A DNA stretch of 50,811 bases from an uncultured Thiotrichales bacterium (lineage in GTDB: Bacteria > Pseudomonadota > Gammaproteobacteria > CAZUMV01): positions 1-50,811 of the forward strand of contig CAZUMV010000002.1 of the NCBI GenBank assembly GCA_964621435.1. The letters run 5' to 3'. The notes beneath the pieces were generated by a model. The model saw only the letters and a program-made list of their open reading frames with translations. It ran no database searches and was not told the origin of the DNA. Position 1 is the first letter of the stretch; the number at the start of each line of letters is the position of its first letter. Position numbers and translations under genes: made by a program. Shown one piece after another: positions 10,470-20,418 of the stretch.

Positions 10470-10850
10470 ATGTCAAAGACTACTGTTCATACTGACCTCG
10501 CGCCCGCCGCAATAGGGCCATATTCACAATCCGTCAAAGTTGGTTCCATGCTCTACACTTCAGGACAAATTCCTTTGCTTCCCGACTCTATGGAACTAGT
10601 CCAAGGCGACATAGCTGCGCAAACCCACCAGGTCTTTAATAACTTGTCTGCCGTGGCAGAGGCCTACAACGCTACTCTTGAGGATTGCGTAAAGCTCACC
10701 ATTTTTATGACCAACCTTGGAAACTTTGCGGTGGTTAACGAGGTCATGGAACAATACTTTAACAAGCCCTTTCCGGCGCGCTCAACAGTACAAGTATCAG
10801 CCTTGCCTAAAGATGCTGAAATCGAAATCGAAGCGATTTTAAGTTTGTAA
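10470..10850 (+). CDS. ridA: RidA/YjgF-family reactive intermediate deaminase
   Basis: 126 aa. APAAIGPYSQ...GQIP...PARSTVQVSALPKDAEIEIEAI is typical of the family. Confidence 0.9.
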   Translation: MSKTTVHTDLAPAAIGPYSQSVKVGSMLYTSGQIPLLPDSMELVQGDIAAQTHQVFNNLSAVAEAYNATLEDCVKLTIFMTNLGNFAVVNEVMEQYFNKPFPARSTVQVSALPKDAEIEIEAILSL

Positions 10851-10864
10851 TAACTGACTTTAAA

Positions 10865-12946
10865 GTGTCATCCAAAACCAATATTCTGCAGCAATCAGTA
10901 ACCACATTGCGGGGTGTTGGCCCCAGCGTGGCGACAAAACTAGAAAATCTGCATCTACAATCGGTGCAGGATGTTTTGTTCCACCTCCCTTTACGCTACC
11001 AGGATCGAACCAGAATACTACCGATTGGCAGTTTGATGCCGAATATGGAATGTGTTGTAGAGGCTGAAATTCTACACTCCGAAATAAAGTTTGGCCGCCG
11101 CCGCATGCTATTGGTCAAAATTTCCGATGGCACCGGCAGTTTGTTACTAAGGTTCTTTCATTTTAATAAAAGCCAACAAGAACGGCTTAGCGCCGGCAAC
11201 CGCGTGCGATGCTTTAGTGAAGTCAGAAAAAGTGGCGCTGCTCTTGAAATGGTGCATCCCGAATACCGGGTATTAATGGACAACGAAATTACTGAAGTCG
11301 AGGAAACCCTGACACCAATATACCCGGCGACCGATGGTGTACATCAAGCCACTTTGAGGAAGATCACGGATCAGGCGTTGCTGTCGGCAGATCAAGTTAC
11401 CGAGTTAGTACCACCTGAACTTTGTCCCGACCAGTATCAGTACCGGTTGATCGATGCGCTCCAGTTAGTACATCGGCCACCGCCTGATGTTGACGTGACC
11501 GCACTCATGGCAGGCTCCCATCCGGCACAACAAAGACTTGCTTTTGAAGAACTTTTGGCGCAAATGCTAAGTCTTAAAAAGCTCAAACAGCGCATCGGTC
11601 GTAACCCTTCTTTTCCGATGCGAGAAAAACCGAAATACCGAACCAAATTTTTAGACGCATTACCGTTCAAACTAACCAATGCACAGGATCGCGTTGCTCG
11701 GGAAATTAGCACCGATCTTAATAATGACTCGCCAATGATGCGTTTACTACAAGGCGACGTGGGCAGCGGTAAAACCGTGGTTGCCGCACTGGCCTGTTTA
11801 CAGGCCATTGAATCTGGCTATCAGGCAGCAGTCATGGCGCCCACCGAAATTTTGGCTGAGCAACATTTCAGAAATTTTCTGGACTGGTTTGAACCTTTGG
11901 GTATACGCGTATCCTGGCATTCGGGGAAATTAAAAGCGGCGCAGAAAAGAGAAATGCTCGAACTAATTGCCTCTGGCGAGTCACGTCTAGCGGTCGGGAC
12001 GCATGCGCTGTTTCAAGACGATATCCAATTCGAAAACCTCGGGCTGTTCGTGATTGACGAACAACATCGGTTCGGCGTACAACAACGCATGGCCTTGCAA
12101 AAAAAGGGTGAGCAAGAAGGGCGATTACCACATCAATTGATTATGACCGCAACGCCAATACCTCGCACTTTGGCGATGACGGCCTATGTTGACCTGGACT
12201 TGTCAATTATCGACGAACTACCACCTGGAAGAACGCCGGTAAAAACTTCGGTGATCCAGATTGAAAGACGCGCCGAGGTTATCGATAGAGTTTCAGAAGC
12301 ATGCATGAACGGTCAGCAATGCTACTGGGTATGTACTCTAATTGAAGAATCCGAAGTTTTGCAATGCCAGGCAGCCGAAGATGCCTATGAACAACTTAAA
12401 ATGCAGCTGCCTAAAGTGAAAGTCGGCCTTATACACGGCCGTATGAAATCCTCGGAAAAAGAAGCGGTTATGTTGGCCTTCAAAAATGCTGAGCTGGATT
12501 TACTTATAGCGACTACGGTTATCGAAGTCGGTGTCGATGTACCAAACGCCAGTCTAATGATTATTGAAAATGCCGAACGGTTAGGGCTTTCGCAATTGCA
12601 TCAATTACGAGGTCGGGTTGGTCGTGGTGCCAAAGAGAGTTTCTGTATTTTGATGTATAAACCACCGCTATCTGCGAATGGTAAACAACGTCTGGCGGCC
12701 TTACGAGAATCTAATGACGGCTTCAAGATTGCACAAATTGATTTGGAACTTCGTGGGCCAGGCGAACTTTTAGGCACGCGACAAACCGGGCTCATTCAAT
12801 TCAAGATTGCGGATCTTATCAGGGACAAAGCGCTGATCCCGGAGGTTATGCAAGTAGCGGAAAAAATTCTTGAGAGCCACTCTGATCAAGCCGATGCCAT
12901 CGTCGAACGTTGGCATGGTGAAAAGCTGGTTTACCAGCAAGTCTAG
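10865..12946 (+). CDS. recG: ATP-dependent DNA helicase RecG
   Basis: 693 aa. Wedge domain, Walker A GDVGSGKT, DEQHRFG, and the TATPIPRT and QLRGRVGRG motifs are present. Confidence 0.95.
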   Translation: MSSKTNILQQSVTTLRGVGPSVATKLENLHLQSVQDVLFHLPLRYQDRTRILPIGSLMPNMECVVEAEILHSEIKFGRRRMLLVKISDGTGSLLLRFFHFNKSQQERLSAGNRVRCFSEVRKSGAALEMVHPEYRVLMDNEITEVEETLTPIYPATDGVHQATLRKITDQALLSADQVTELVPPELCPDQYQYRLIDALQLVHRPPPDVDVTALMAGSHPAQQRLAFEELLAQMLSLKKLKQRIGRNPSFPMREKPKYRTKFLDALPFKLTNAQDRVAREISTDLNNDSPMMRLLQGDVGSGKTVVAALACLQAIESGYQAAVMAPTEILAEQHFRNFLDWFEPLGIRVSWHSGKLKAAQKREMLELIASGESRLAVGTHALFQDDIQFENLGLFVIDEQHRFGVQQRMALQKKGEQEGRLPHQLIMTATPIPRTLAMTAYVDLDLSIIDELPPGRTPVKTSVIQIERRAEVIDRVSEACMNGQQCYWVCTLIEESEVLQCQAAEDAYEQLKMQLPKVKVGLIHGRMKSSEKEAVMLAFKNAELDLLIATTVIEVGVDVPNASLMIIENAERLGLSQLHQLRGRVGRGAKESFCILMYKPPLSANGKQRLAALRESNDGFKIAQIDLELRGPGELLGTRQTGLIQFKIADLIRDKALIPEVMQVAEKILESHSDQADAIVERWHGEKLVYQQV

Positions 12947-12955
12947 TCTTACTTT

Positions 12956-13501
12956 TTAGCCTTTAAAAGCAGTGTTACTCTGTAAGTAAGTAATTTCGGC
13001 TGCACTTGAGACGCGCCCCAATATTTCATTTCTATGCGGGAAACGCCCGAAGTTTTTAATGATATCGCGATGGTGGTACGCATACCTTGACTGCTGCTCT
13101 AATCCGGCTTCGGCAAACATCTTTATTGAAAGATCCTGATCAGCGAGTACCTCACTATGCATTAGCGGCATATACAGAAATCGGGAATGATCAGTAGACA
13201 AGGACTTATTAGAGCCGGACTCAATCGCGTGTTTACAAACCGCCACAGCTTTTTCATCACTCGCATAAGCCTTTGCACTACGACGAAAAATATTCCGAGG
13301 GATCTGATCTAGCAATATACATAAAGCCAAACAGCCAGTAGCACTATTCATCCATTCATCATGCTTACCGGCTAAGGCATGCGGCCAGATTTTAGAGAAT
13401 TTTTGTGTTAATTCTTGATCGAATTCCGCAGTAGCTTTAAACCAGTACTTTCTGGTGTTTTCGTCGTACCAGAAATCAACCAGTTCGGGTGCGCTTATCA
13501 T
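12956..13501 (-). CDS. DUF924 family protein
   Basis: LLDQIPRNIFR ... MHSE ... FGRFPHRNEILGR are signature blocks of DUF924. The start overlaps the upstream stop by 4 nt. Confidence 0.75.
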   Translation of the reverse strand: MISAPELVDFWYDENTRKYWFKATAEFDQELTQKFSKIWPHALAGKHDEWMNSATGCLALCILLDQIPRNIFRRSAKAYASDEKAVAVCKHAIESGSNKSLSTDHSRFLYMPLMHSEVLADQDLSIKMFAEAGLEQQSRYAYHHRDIIKNFGRFPHRNEILGRVSSAAEITYLQSNTAFKG

Positions 13502-13749
13502 TCTTCTTCGTTGCTGAAATATACTTTCGGTTCTGGTTTGGGTTTTAGCGGATCGATGAGATGCCGCAACCCATTGCTTTGAACTTCTAAAGACAAGGCC
13601 ATCAGCTCGCCAAGTTGGCCGGCGGGTAAGCCCTTATGCTTGAACCAAACCAGATACGCTACCGGCACATCTATCATGACTCGCCCTTTAAACTTGCCAA
13701 ACGGCATCTTGGTTGTTGCCAAGGCCAAGAGGTCTTCTTTATCGAACAT
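13498..13749 (-). CDS. DUF3820 family protein
   Basis: 83 aa. The pattern MPFGKFKGRVMIDVPVAYLVWFKHKGLPAGQLGELM fits DUF3820. It overlaps the upstream gene by 11 nt. Confidence 0.65.
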   Translation of the reverse strand: MFDKEDLLALATTKMPFGKFKGRVMIDVPVAYLVWFKHKGLPAGQLGELMALSLEVQSNGLRHLIDPLKPKPEPKVYFSNEEE

Positions 13750-14617
13750 TTTTATCGTGTTGCAGGATTAACGCCGAGGTATCTCTATGCTCGTGACCAT
13801 CTGCTCTTAATTGACGGTAGCTGGCAATGACCTCTTTGCTGTTTGGCAATGCCACGCCATTTTCTTGCGCTTGGTCTATGCAGTAGCCCAAGTCCTTTAT
13901 CATCCATTTTAAGGCGAAACCGAAATCAAATTCTCGAGCATGCATGGTTTTACCGCGATTGTTCATTTGCCAGGATTGCGCCGCACCTCCGGAAATCGCT
14001 TCTAAAACTGTTTCAACATCAAGATGCTCGGCTTCAGCAAAGCGTATACCTTCGGACAAACCCTGCAACACACCTGCAATGCAAATTTGATTAACCATTT
14101 TCGCTAATTGACCGGACCCAACGTCACCAATTAAAACTACCTTATGGGAGTAACATGCTAACAGTGCTTGAACCTTGGCAAGCGTTTCAGCATCACCACC
14201 AAGCATACAACTCAACAAACCTTTTTTTGCACCCTCCTCACCACCGCTAACGGGTGCATCTAAAAACCCAACATTTGATTCTGCCAAACGCGTACCCAAC
14301 GTTTTTGCCAAGGCCGCGGATGTGGTCGTGTGATCAACGAGTATCGCGCCTCTTTTGAGGTGTGCTATCGCTCCATTTTCCTGAAACAAAACCGCCTCAA
14401 CATCTTCATCCCGCCCCAAGCAGGTAAACACGACATCGGCATCACTAACAGCTGCGGGCACGGAGTCGGCACAGTTACCGTCAAACTCTTTCCTCCATTG
14501 TTGGGCGCGACTGCTAGTGCGATTCCATACGGTTACCGGATCGCTCAGTTTGGTCGCTAGATGGCCTGCCATGTGATAACCCATCGCACCTAAACCTAAA
14601 AATGAGACTTTGGCCAT
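13739..14617 (-). CDS. NAD(P)-dependent oxidoreductase, 3-hydroxyisobutyrate / 6-phosphogluconate dehydrogenase-like family
   Basis: 292 aa. N-terminal Rossmann motif FLGLGAMG, central DAPVSGG, and a C-terminal helical domain. Confidence 0.85.
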   Translation of the reverse strand: MAKVSFLGLGAMGYHMAGHLATKLSDPVTVWNRTSSRAQQWRKEFDGNCADSVPAAVSDADVVFTCLGRDEDVEAVLFQENGAIAHLKRGAILVDHTTTSAALAKTLGTRLAESNVGFLDAPVSGGEEGAKKGLLSCMLGGDAETLAKVQALLACYSHKVVLIGDVGSGQLAKMVNQICIAGVLQGLSEGIRFAEAEHLDVETVLEAISGGAAQSWQMNNRGKTMHAREFDFGFALKWMIKDLGYCIDQAQENGVALPNSKEVIASYRQLRADGHEHRDTSALILQHDKNVR

Positions 14618-14619
14618 CG

Positions 14620-15000
14620 TTAGTTTAAATCTGCGGCGTACTCACGCAATTTATCTAGCGGCACAGTTTCTAAAGCACGCTGGTGTGTTCGCAACAAATA
14701 GACTTTTGGCGCCATACCATTTTCGTAAGCCTCTAACCATCTACCGGCACACAAACACCAGGCATCTCCTGGTTGCAAGCCGGGAAAATTATATTGTGGC
14801 GCGGGGGTCATCAAGTCATTGCCACGAAATCTGGAAAACTCTAAAAACTCCTGGCTAACCTGCACGCATACTGTGTGCGAACCAGCATCCTCTTCGCAGG
14901 TGTTACAAAATGAATCGCGGAAAAAGCCCGTTATCGGTTCGCCACCACAACTCTCTAGTTCTTCACCCAGAACATTGATCGGATCATCTGCTTCCATCAC
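14620..15000 (-). CDS. DUF2237 family protein
   Basis: NVLGEELESCGGEPITGFFRDSFCNT...HTVC...GNDL...PGDAWCLCAGRW is the conserved Cys-rich DUF2237 pattern. Confidence 0.65.
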   Translation of the reverse strand: MMEADDPINVLGEELESCGGEPITGFFRDSFCNTCEEDAGSHTVCVQVSQEFLEFSRFRGNDLMTPAPQYNFPGLQPGDAWCLCAGRWLEAYENGMAPKVYLLRTHQRALETVPLDKLREYAADLN

Positions 15001-15449
15001 TCACATATCCTTTTTGTTAATTCGAGATGGATCAGGTCAGCTTCATCATCATGATCGGATAAATCTCTTAGTTTTATTTTATTCCATTCGTTATTTTCAA
15101 CAAATGTCTGTAACTTCTCTGCGTGGCCTACGTATAAGGCCGTGTATTTAAAATCGCCGGCTGGCCTTTGCATATAGGCAAGGCCGGCAAATTCCAGATC
15201 TTTTATTTGCTGCGACGATTCCTCCGCTAGTTCGCGAAACGCACACTCTCTCGGAGTCTCTCCCGGCTCAATGCGGCCACCTGGCAACTCCCATTGTCGG
15301 CGGTTGATATTAAACCCGAACAAATACTCTTGCTCAAATTCTAAAATGACTACCGAGGCGGTAATCGGTTTCGTTACGCCGATGAGCTCATCTTCATCGC
15401 CTTCAAGAAATCCATGTAAGGTATAACCAGACCTATTCGTGATTCTCAA
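14997..15449 (-). CDS. NUDIX hydrolase
   Basis: Nudix box GGRIEPGETPRECAFRELAEES. TTG start preceded by AAGGAG with a 5-nt spacer. Confidence 0.85.
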   Translation of the reverse strand: MRITNRSGYTLHGFLEGDEDELIGVTKPITASVVILEFEQEYLFGFNINRRQWELPGGRIEPGETPRECAFRELAEESSQQIKDLEFAGLAYMQRPAGDFKYTALYVGHAEKLQTFVENNEWNKIKLRDLSDHDDEADLIHLELTKRICE

Positions 15450-15549
15450 ACTGACTCCTTTTATAGCGCTGCTTTACATCTCAATGCAGCGCTCCCGATA
15501 TTTGCACATATTGTGCCAGATGACCTGCAGAATAACAGTGGCGGACTTG

Positions 15550-16059
15550 CTAAATACTTTTAACTTTATGTTTGTTTTTAGGGTAGTCAAACCATTGCAA
15601 AGAAGTGTCACTGCTATCCATAGAATGCCAATGATCAGATGGACAAGAAAAGGCCAGCATACCGGCAGTAGGAACATTCTCAATATGAGTTTGGCTAAAG
15701 CGATTGGCTAATTCCGTATACGCCGGATTGTGTCCGACAAACATAACGGTTGTATATTGGTCATCAGTTTTTTTGATTTCCTGTAAAACGGCGTTAACGT
15801 CGAAGGTATAGGCTTGCGGGTTTATGACGATGTCCTCTTCTTTATAACCAATACCGGCACAAAATATTCTCGCCGTACTCAAGGCGCGCACCGCCGAACT
15901 ACTGATAACCAACTCCGGAGCATCTGCTAACGCCAAAAACCTTTTAGCCATTTTTTCCGCACCCTTCCGGCCGCGTTCGTTCAAGGGGCGATCATGATCC
16001 GAAAGATTATTATCTCCCCAGCTGGATTTGCCATGTCGTAATAAAAAAAGTGTTTTCAT
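15550..16059 (-). CDS. sixA: Histidine phosphatase family protein (SixA-like phosphohistidine phosphatase)
   Basis: 169 aa. The N-terminal LLRHGKS catalytic motif and a downstream GHNP are present. Confidence 0.75.
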   Translation of the reverse strand: MKTLFLLRHGKSSWGDNNLSDHDRPLNERGRKGAEKMAKRFLALADAPELVISSSAVRALSTARIFCAGIGYKEEDIVINPQAYTFDVNAVLQEIKKTDDQYTTVMFVGHNPAYTELANRFSQTHIENVPTAGMLAFSCPSDHWHSMDSSDTSLQWFDYPKNKHKVKSI

Positions 16060-16078
16060 TATTTTTTGCCGCAGATGA

Positions 16079-18241
16079 CTACTGTGCTACAGGGTTTGAT
16101 GCTTCCAAAGTTTTGATAATTTGTTCAAACTGCGCGTTATTTTTATTGTTTGGATTTAACTCTATTGCTGCCTGCATATGCGGCAGCGCCGCACGGTTAT
16201 CTTTATCAAGACCAATATAGACAACCGCCTCATTCGCCTCCATCGCGGCGGAGGCCGGATATTTGCTTTGATAGAGTTTGTACCAACGATGCGCGTCCGG
16301 TGCTAACTCTAGTTCGGCCGCCATAGTATGCAGGCGCTGTAGCGTTGAAGGATGGACTAATAAAGCTTCTTCAGGTTCATGCTTTAGTTCGGAATAGAAA
16401 TCCAAAATCTTTTGCTGATCTCCGCGAGCGCTTGCGATTGAGAGCTGTATAAACTTGCCACTATAGTCACCAACCGGAGCCATCTTGAAAATGTCTGGCA
16501 TAAAAGCTTCAGCTTCGGCGTACTTACCGGTTGCCGCATAGCCGCGCGCCTGATCAAGATTAACTTCATACTCATGTGGCCAGAACTCAGCCATGCTCCT
16601 CAAAATGTTGAAAGACGCCGGATAATTTCCGATTGCTGCATAGGCTTTAGCGGTATCTTTGAGCAACGTTTGATATTCGGGGTGATAAAACCAGCCGCGA
16701 AATGTTAGCGGCGTTTGCCAGCCTATGGCGTTAGGGTTAGCAGCGCGTTGCGCGGTACTTCTTGCCGCCACTACAACCCGGTCATTGATTTCTTCATACA
16801 TTTGCAGCCACTGCAAATTAACGACAATAGTAAATATCCCTACATACGAAAATAGACCGGCAAACAAAAGTTTTTTAGTGCGGCCGAGCTCCAGTTCTTT
16901 TTGTATTTGTTTAGGCGAGATTTGATCAGTTTTTTTGATTAGTAATGCGCTATATAAACCTAGCAAAACCATTGGCACGGCGACCTGATAGGGAAAACTG
17001 AACAATGCATTAAACATGCTGCCAGCTATTGCAGACCCCAACGCCAAATAAAAAAAAGTTTGCCCCTCCGGGGCGCTGTTCATCAACCTGAAAAAACACC
17101 AGAGCAAGCTAAAACCGAAACCGACAAACAACAACAAACCAACTATCCCGATTTCAATCACCAGCTCCAAGTAGTCGTTGTGGACACGTTGAATACCAAG
17201 GGTTTGGTGGGTTTCGAAGGTTTTTCCCTGCGTGTCGGTCTCGACATTTTTGAGATAGAAATAATTGCCTAGACCAGCACCGAATACTGGTCGCTGTTTT
17301 GAAATTTTCAGGGCCGCTCGATATATCCCGTAACGACGGTTTTCTGAGTCACGGGCGTACTCTGCAATACTTCCTAGCTCAGGCGTTAATACCTGCCAGA
17401 ACGGTTTAAAGCCACTACTGGAGAAATTCAGCATGGTTACGGTCATCACCACTGATCCCAACAAAGCTACGCTTTTCTGTTTATTCCAAAAAAATGATTC
17501 CGACAATTCTCGTTTTCGCCAAAGAAAAATTCCCAAGCCAAAAATAATCGAGACACCCACACTAACCCAGGCGGCGCGGGTGGTGGTATAAAATAAGTAC
17601 ACGAACATGAGGCCGCCAAACATTGCGGCGAGCCAGCTGAATAGGCCGCGCGTGGTTCGCAAACCGAGTAGATATAAACAAAATGGCAGGGTCAACACGA
17701 TGACGTGGGTTGCCATATTGCGGTTGCCAAATGTAGAGGCTGGAGGTGCAGCGGATTTAGGAGTATCAAACGGCGTCAGATATTGCAGGATTCCAACCAC
17801 CGCTATAATCATGCCGGCACTTACAAGCCCCCAGGCAAGATTACCAAGGTTTTTTCGATCCTGTTGGATATTTAGTCCGATTAGAAAAGCGCCTGCCGCT
17901 GCTATCCACAATAACCACTTAAAGACATAGAAGTCCCGACTAACCGACCAAAAAACAGAGGCCGAGGCGAGCAAAAAAAGTGCGGCAGCGAAAGCACGTG
18001 ACCAACTAAACCTAAAGGTCAAAATGGTCGTCGAACGGTTTTGATATAACCACCAGAAAACCAACAAACAAATACCAATCTGAGCGACAATAGCTTTAAC
18101 AAACATATGATTGCTAACCATGTCGCCAAACCACGCCCCGCTTAAACCAAGCGAAAAAATAAATACCGCCATTACCCAGGAAGGAAATGGTTTCAATGTA
18201 ATTTTTTTAGTTTTACTTTTACGCTTGTTTCGTTTTGCCAC
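16079..18241 (-). CDS. O-antigen ligase (Wzy_C) family polytopic membrane protein fused to C-terminal TPR repeats
   Basis: 720 aa. About 12 hydrophobic helices and a loop with HNDYLE typical of Wzy_C/PglL-type proteins. The C-terminal ~250 aa is TPR-like (AYAAIGNY..., GYAATGKYAEAE..., AIELNPNN). Confidence 0.7.
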   Translation of the reverse strand: MAKRNKRKSKTKKITLKPFPSWVMAVFIFSLGLSGAWFGDMVSNHMFVKAIVAQIGICLLVFWWLYQNRSTTILTFRFSWSRAFAAALFLLASASVFWSVSRDFYVFKWLLWIAAAGAFLIGLNIQQDRKNLGNLAWGLVSAGMIIAVVGILQYLTPFDTPKSAAPPASTFGNRNMATHVIVLTLPFCLYLLGLRTTRGLFSWLAAMFGGLMFVYLFYTTTRAAWVSVGVSIIFGLGIFLWRKRELSESFFWNKQKSVALLGSVVMTVTMLNFSSSGFKPFWQVLTPELGSIAEYARDSENRRYGIYRAALKISKQRPVFGAGLGNYFYLKNVETDTQGKTFETHQTLGIQRVHNDYLELVIEIGIVGLLLFVGFGFSLLWCFFRLMNSAPEGQTFFYLALGSAIAGSMFNALFSFPYQVAVPMVLLGLYSALLIKKTDQISPKQIQKELELGRTKKLLFAGLFSYVGIFTIVVNLQWLQMYEEINDRVVVAARSTAQRAANPNAIGWQTPLTFRGWFYHPEYQTLLKDTAKAYAAIGNYPASFNILRSMAEFWPHEYEVNLDQARGYAATGKYAEAEAFMPDIFKMAPVGDYSGKFIQLSIASARGDQQKILDFYSELKHEPEEALLVHPSTLQRLHTMAAELELAPDAHRWYKLYQSKYPASAAMEANEAVVYIGLDKDNRAALPHMQAAIELNPNNKNNAQFEQIIKTLEASNPVAQ

Positions 18242-18255
18242 GAAAATTTCGCCGA

Positions 18256-18735
18256 CTACTCAACAGTTATTGTTATCTTTTTAGACATCACTGGTTTTTG
18301 GTGCGGCACATGCAAGTAGTTACCCAACAATAATTGCAAAGTATGTTCGCCGGGCGGTAGCGTTAATGTCGTTTCGGTTTGGCCCAGACCAAAGTGTACA
18401 ACGTTATCAGTAGTAGGCAGGGGCATGCTCATATCGGGCATTTCGTCCAGATCAATCAAGATGTGGTGATGGCCGGTATTCTCTGCATCAATACCCGCAG
18501 GAGCTACACCCATGCCCGACAACCCGAATTTAACTACGAAAGTACCTGGAACTACGTCACCATCAGCAGGCGAAATTATATATACCTTGGCGTCTTCAGG
18601 CGCAGTTCTGACGAGCGGATTAGGGTCTTCTTTTGCTGCTACCGGCGCCCCAGCAGTCGTTGACTCTGGTGTCTGTTGCTCACACCCTAAGATTAGCAAA
18701 GCGCTCAATAGACAAAGAGGAAATTTTATGTACAT
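18256..18735 (-). CDS. DUF4399 domain-containing periplasmic lipoprotein
   Basis: Lipobox LILGC and a GHHHILID motif characteristic of DUF4399. Confidence 0.7.
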   Translation of the reverse strand: MYIKFPLCLLSALLILGCEQQTPESTTAGAPVAAKEDPNPLVRTAPEDAKVYIISPADGDVVPGTFVVKFGLSGMGVAPAGIDAENTGHHHILIDLDEMPDMSMPLPTTDNVVHFGLGQTETTLTLPPGEHTLQLLLGNYLHVPHQKPVMSKKITITVE

Positions 18736-18768
18736 TGACTCTACACTCCTGTGTTAAATCGATAATTA

Positions 18769-20418
18769 TTATTCCGCCAAGGAAGATTCTCTAATCGCTC
18801 TAAACTCATTACCGACGCGCCATTCCGGCCAGGCATCACTGTTGGTAATTTCACTCGCGACCAAATAATTCATTTGTATGTCTTGAATGATGCCACCAAT
18901 ATCCCAATCTTCAGAATATTCATCGCTAGGTTTATGATAGCGGTTCGCTACGTAATCATCTTGCCGCGCGATTCCCCAGGATGTACCTTTATTGCGAACA
19001 TCAATACCAGCTTCCGCATACATCATCGGCACGCCCTTCTTGGCGAAATTAAAATGATCAGAGCGATAAAAATATCCTTTTTCCGGGGTCGACTCTGGCA
19101 CCAAAGTTCGACTTTGCAAACTTGCAGCACGCGACAAATAATCCTGTAATTCAGATGCATCCCAACCGATTACAGTGACATCGTGGGTTGCGCCGTACAC
19201 ACCCATGCCGTCCATATTAATACCTGCAACAGTTTGCTTAAGCGGTACCGGCGGATCTTCTACATAGGCGGCGGAACCAAGTAACCCGGATTCCTCCGCG
19301 GTCACTGCTAAAAATATAATACTGCGCTCCGGAGGGTTACTGGAAAACATCCTGGCCAATTCCAGAATCGCCGCCGTACCGGTAGCGTTATCGACTGCAC
19401 CATTATAGATATTGTCGGTTTCAGTATTACTTTCATCAGTACCCAAATGATCCCAATGCGCGGTAAAAATAAAGTACTCGTCCGGGTTTACAGTACCCGG
19501 CAAAACGGCTGCGACATTGTGCGATTCGGATTGCGCAATCGTATTGGTCAAGGTCGCATCAAGCGTCATATCAAAATTGACCGCTGAAAAACCGGGTTTT
19601 CTTGCGGCGGTTGTGAGCGCGTCAAAATCCTGATCTGCGGCGGCGAACAGTTCGCGCGCAGCTGCCTCTGTAATCCAGCCTTCGACGTCTGCCAGATTAT
19701 TACTTCCAGCATCACGTAAATGATATTGTGGACCGGTCCAACTACCGGACACCACACCCCACGGATAACCTGCTGCATCGGTTTGATGAATAATGATCGC
19801 GCCCGCTGCACCCTGTCTGGCGGCCTCATCAAACTTGTAAGTCCAACGACCGTAATAGGTCATCGCTTTACTTTTGAAGAAATTATCGTCGCCAGATAAA
19901 TAACCGGGATCGTTGACCATTATCACAGCGGTCTTGCCACGCATATCCAAGCCTGCATAATCATTCCAGTCATATTCCGGAGCCACCACACCGTAACCAA
20001 CAAACACCAATTCGGAATCCTGTAAGGATGCTTTGGTAACGGCCTGACGGGTCCATGTGACCATATCTTGTTTGTAATTTAAATTTGCCTGATAGCCAGA
20101 AGTAGATTTAATTTCAAGCTTCGCATCTTTCGCGGCGGTTATTACCATCAGCTCGACCGCTTGCCGATAACTGGAATTGGCAAACGCCGGTTGCAGTGAC
20201 AAACCTTTAAATTGTTGCTCTATATACTGGACGGTTTTTCTTCCACCTGGTGTCGCTGGTGCACGGCCGCCAAATTCATTTGACGAGAGTACCTGCACAT
20301 GCGCTAGAAAATTATTTTGGTCAATCGCCGGCAGGTTCGTTAGCCGCCCAATATCTTTAACACAGGCAAATAGAAAAACGGTGGCACATATGGCACTTAC
20401 TAATAAAGATTTGTTCAT
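18769..20418 (-). CDS. M28-family metallopeptidase with PA domain (secreted aminopeptidase-like)
   Basis: 549 aa with a signal peptide. HWDHLG, NGAVDNATG, EESGLLGS and SDH motifs are present. Confidence 0.85.
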   Translation of the reverse strand: MNKSLLVSAICATVFLFACVKDIGRLTNLPAIDQNNFLAHVQVLSSNEFGGRAPATPGGRKTVQYIEQQFKGLSLQPAFANSSYRQAVELMVITAAKDAKLEIKSTSGYQANLNYKQDMVTWTRQAVTKASLQDSELVFVGYGVVAPEYDWNDYAGLDMRGKTAVIMVNDPGYLSGDDNFFKSKAMTYYGRWTYKFDEAARQGAAGAIIIHQTDAAGYPWGVVSGSWTGPQYHLRDAGSNNLADVEGWITEAAARELFAAADQDFDALTTAARKPGFSAVNFDMTLDATLTNTIAQSESHNVAAVLPGTVNPDEYFIFTAHWDHLGTDESNTETDNIYNGAVDNATGTAAILELARMFSSNPPERSIIFLAVTAEESGLLGSAAYVEDPPVPLKQTVAGINMDGMGVYGATHDVTVIGWDASELQDYLSRAASLQSRTLVPESTPEKGYFYRSDHFNFAKKGVPMMYAEAGIDVRNKGTSWGIARQDDYVANRYHKPSDEYSEDWDIGGIIQDIQMNYLVASEITNSDAWPEWRVGNEFRAIRESSLAE

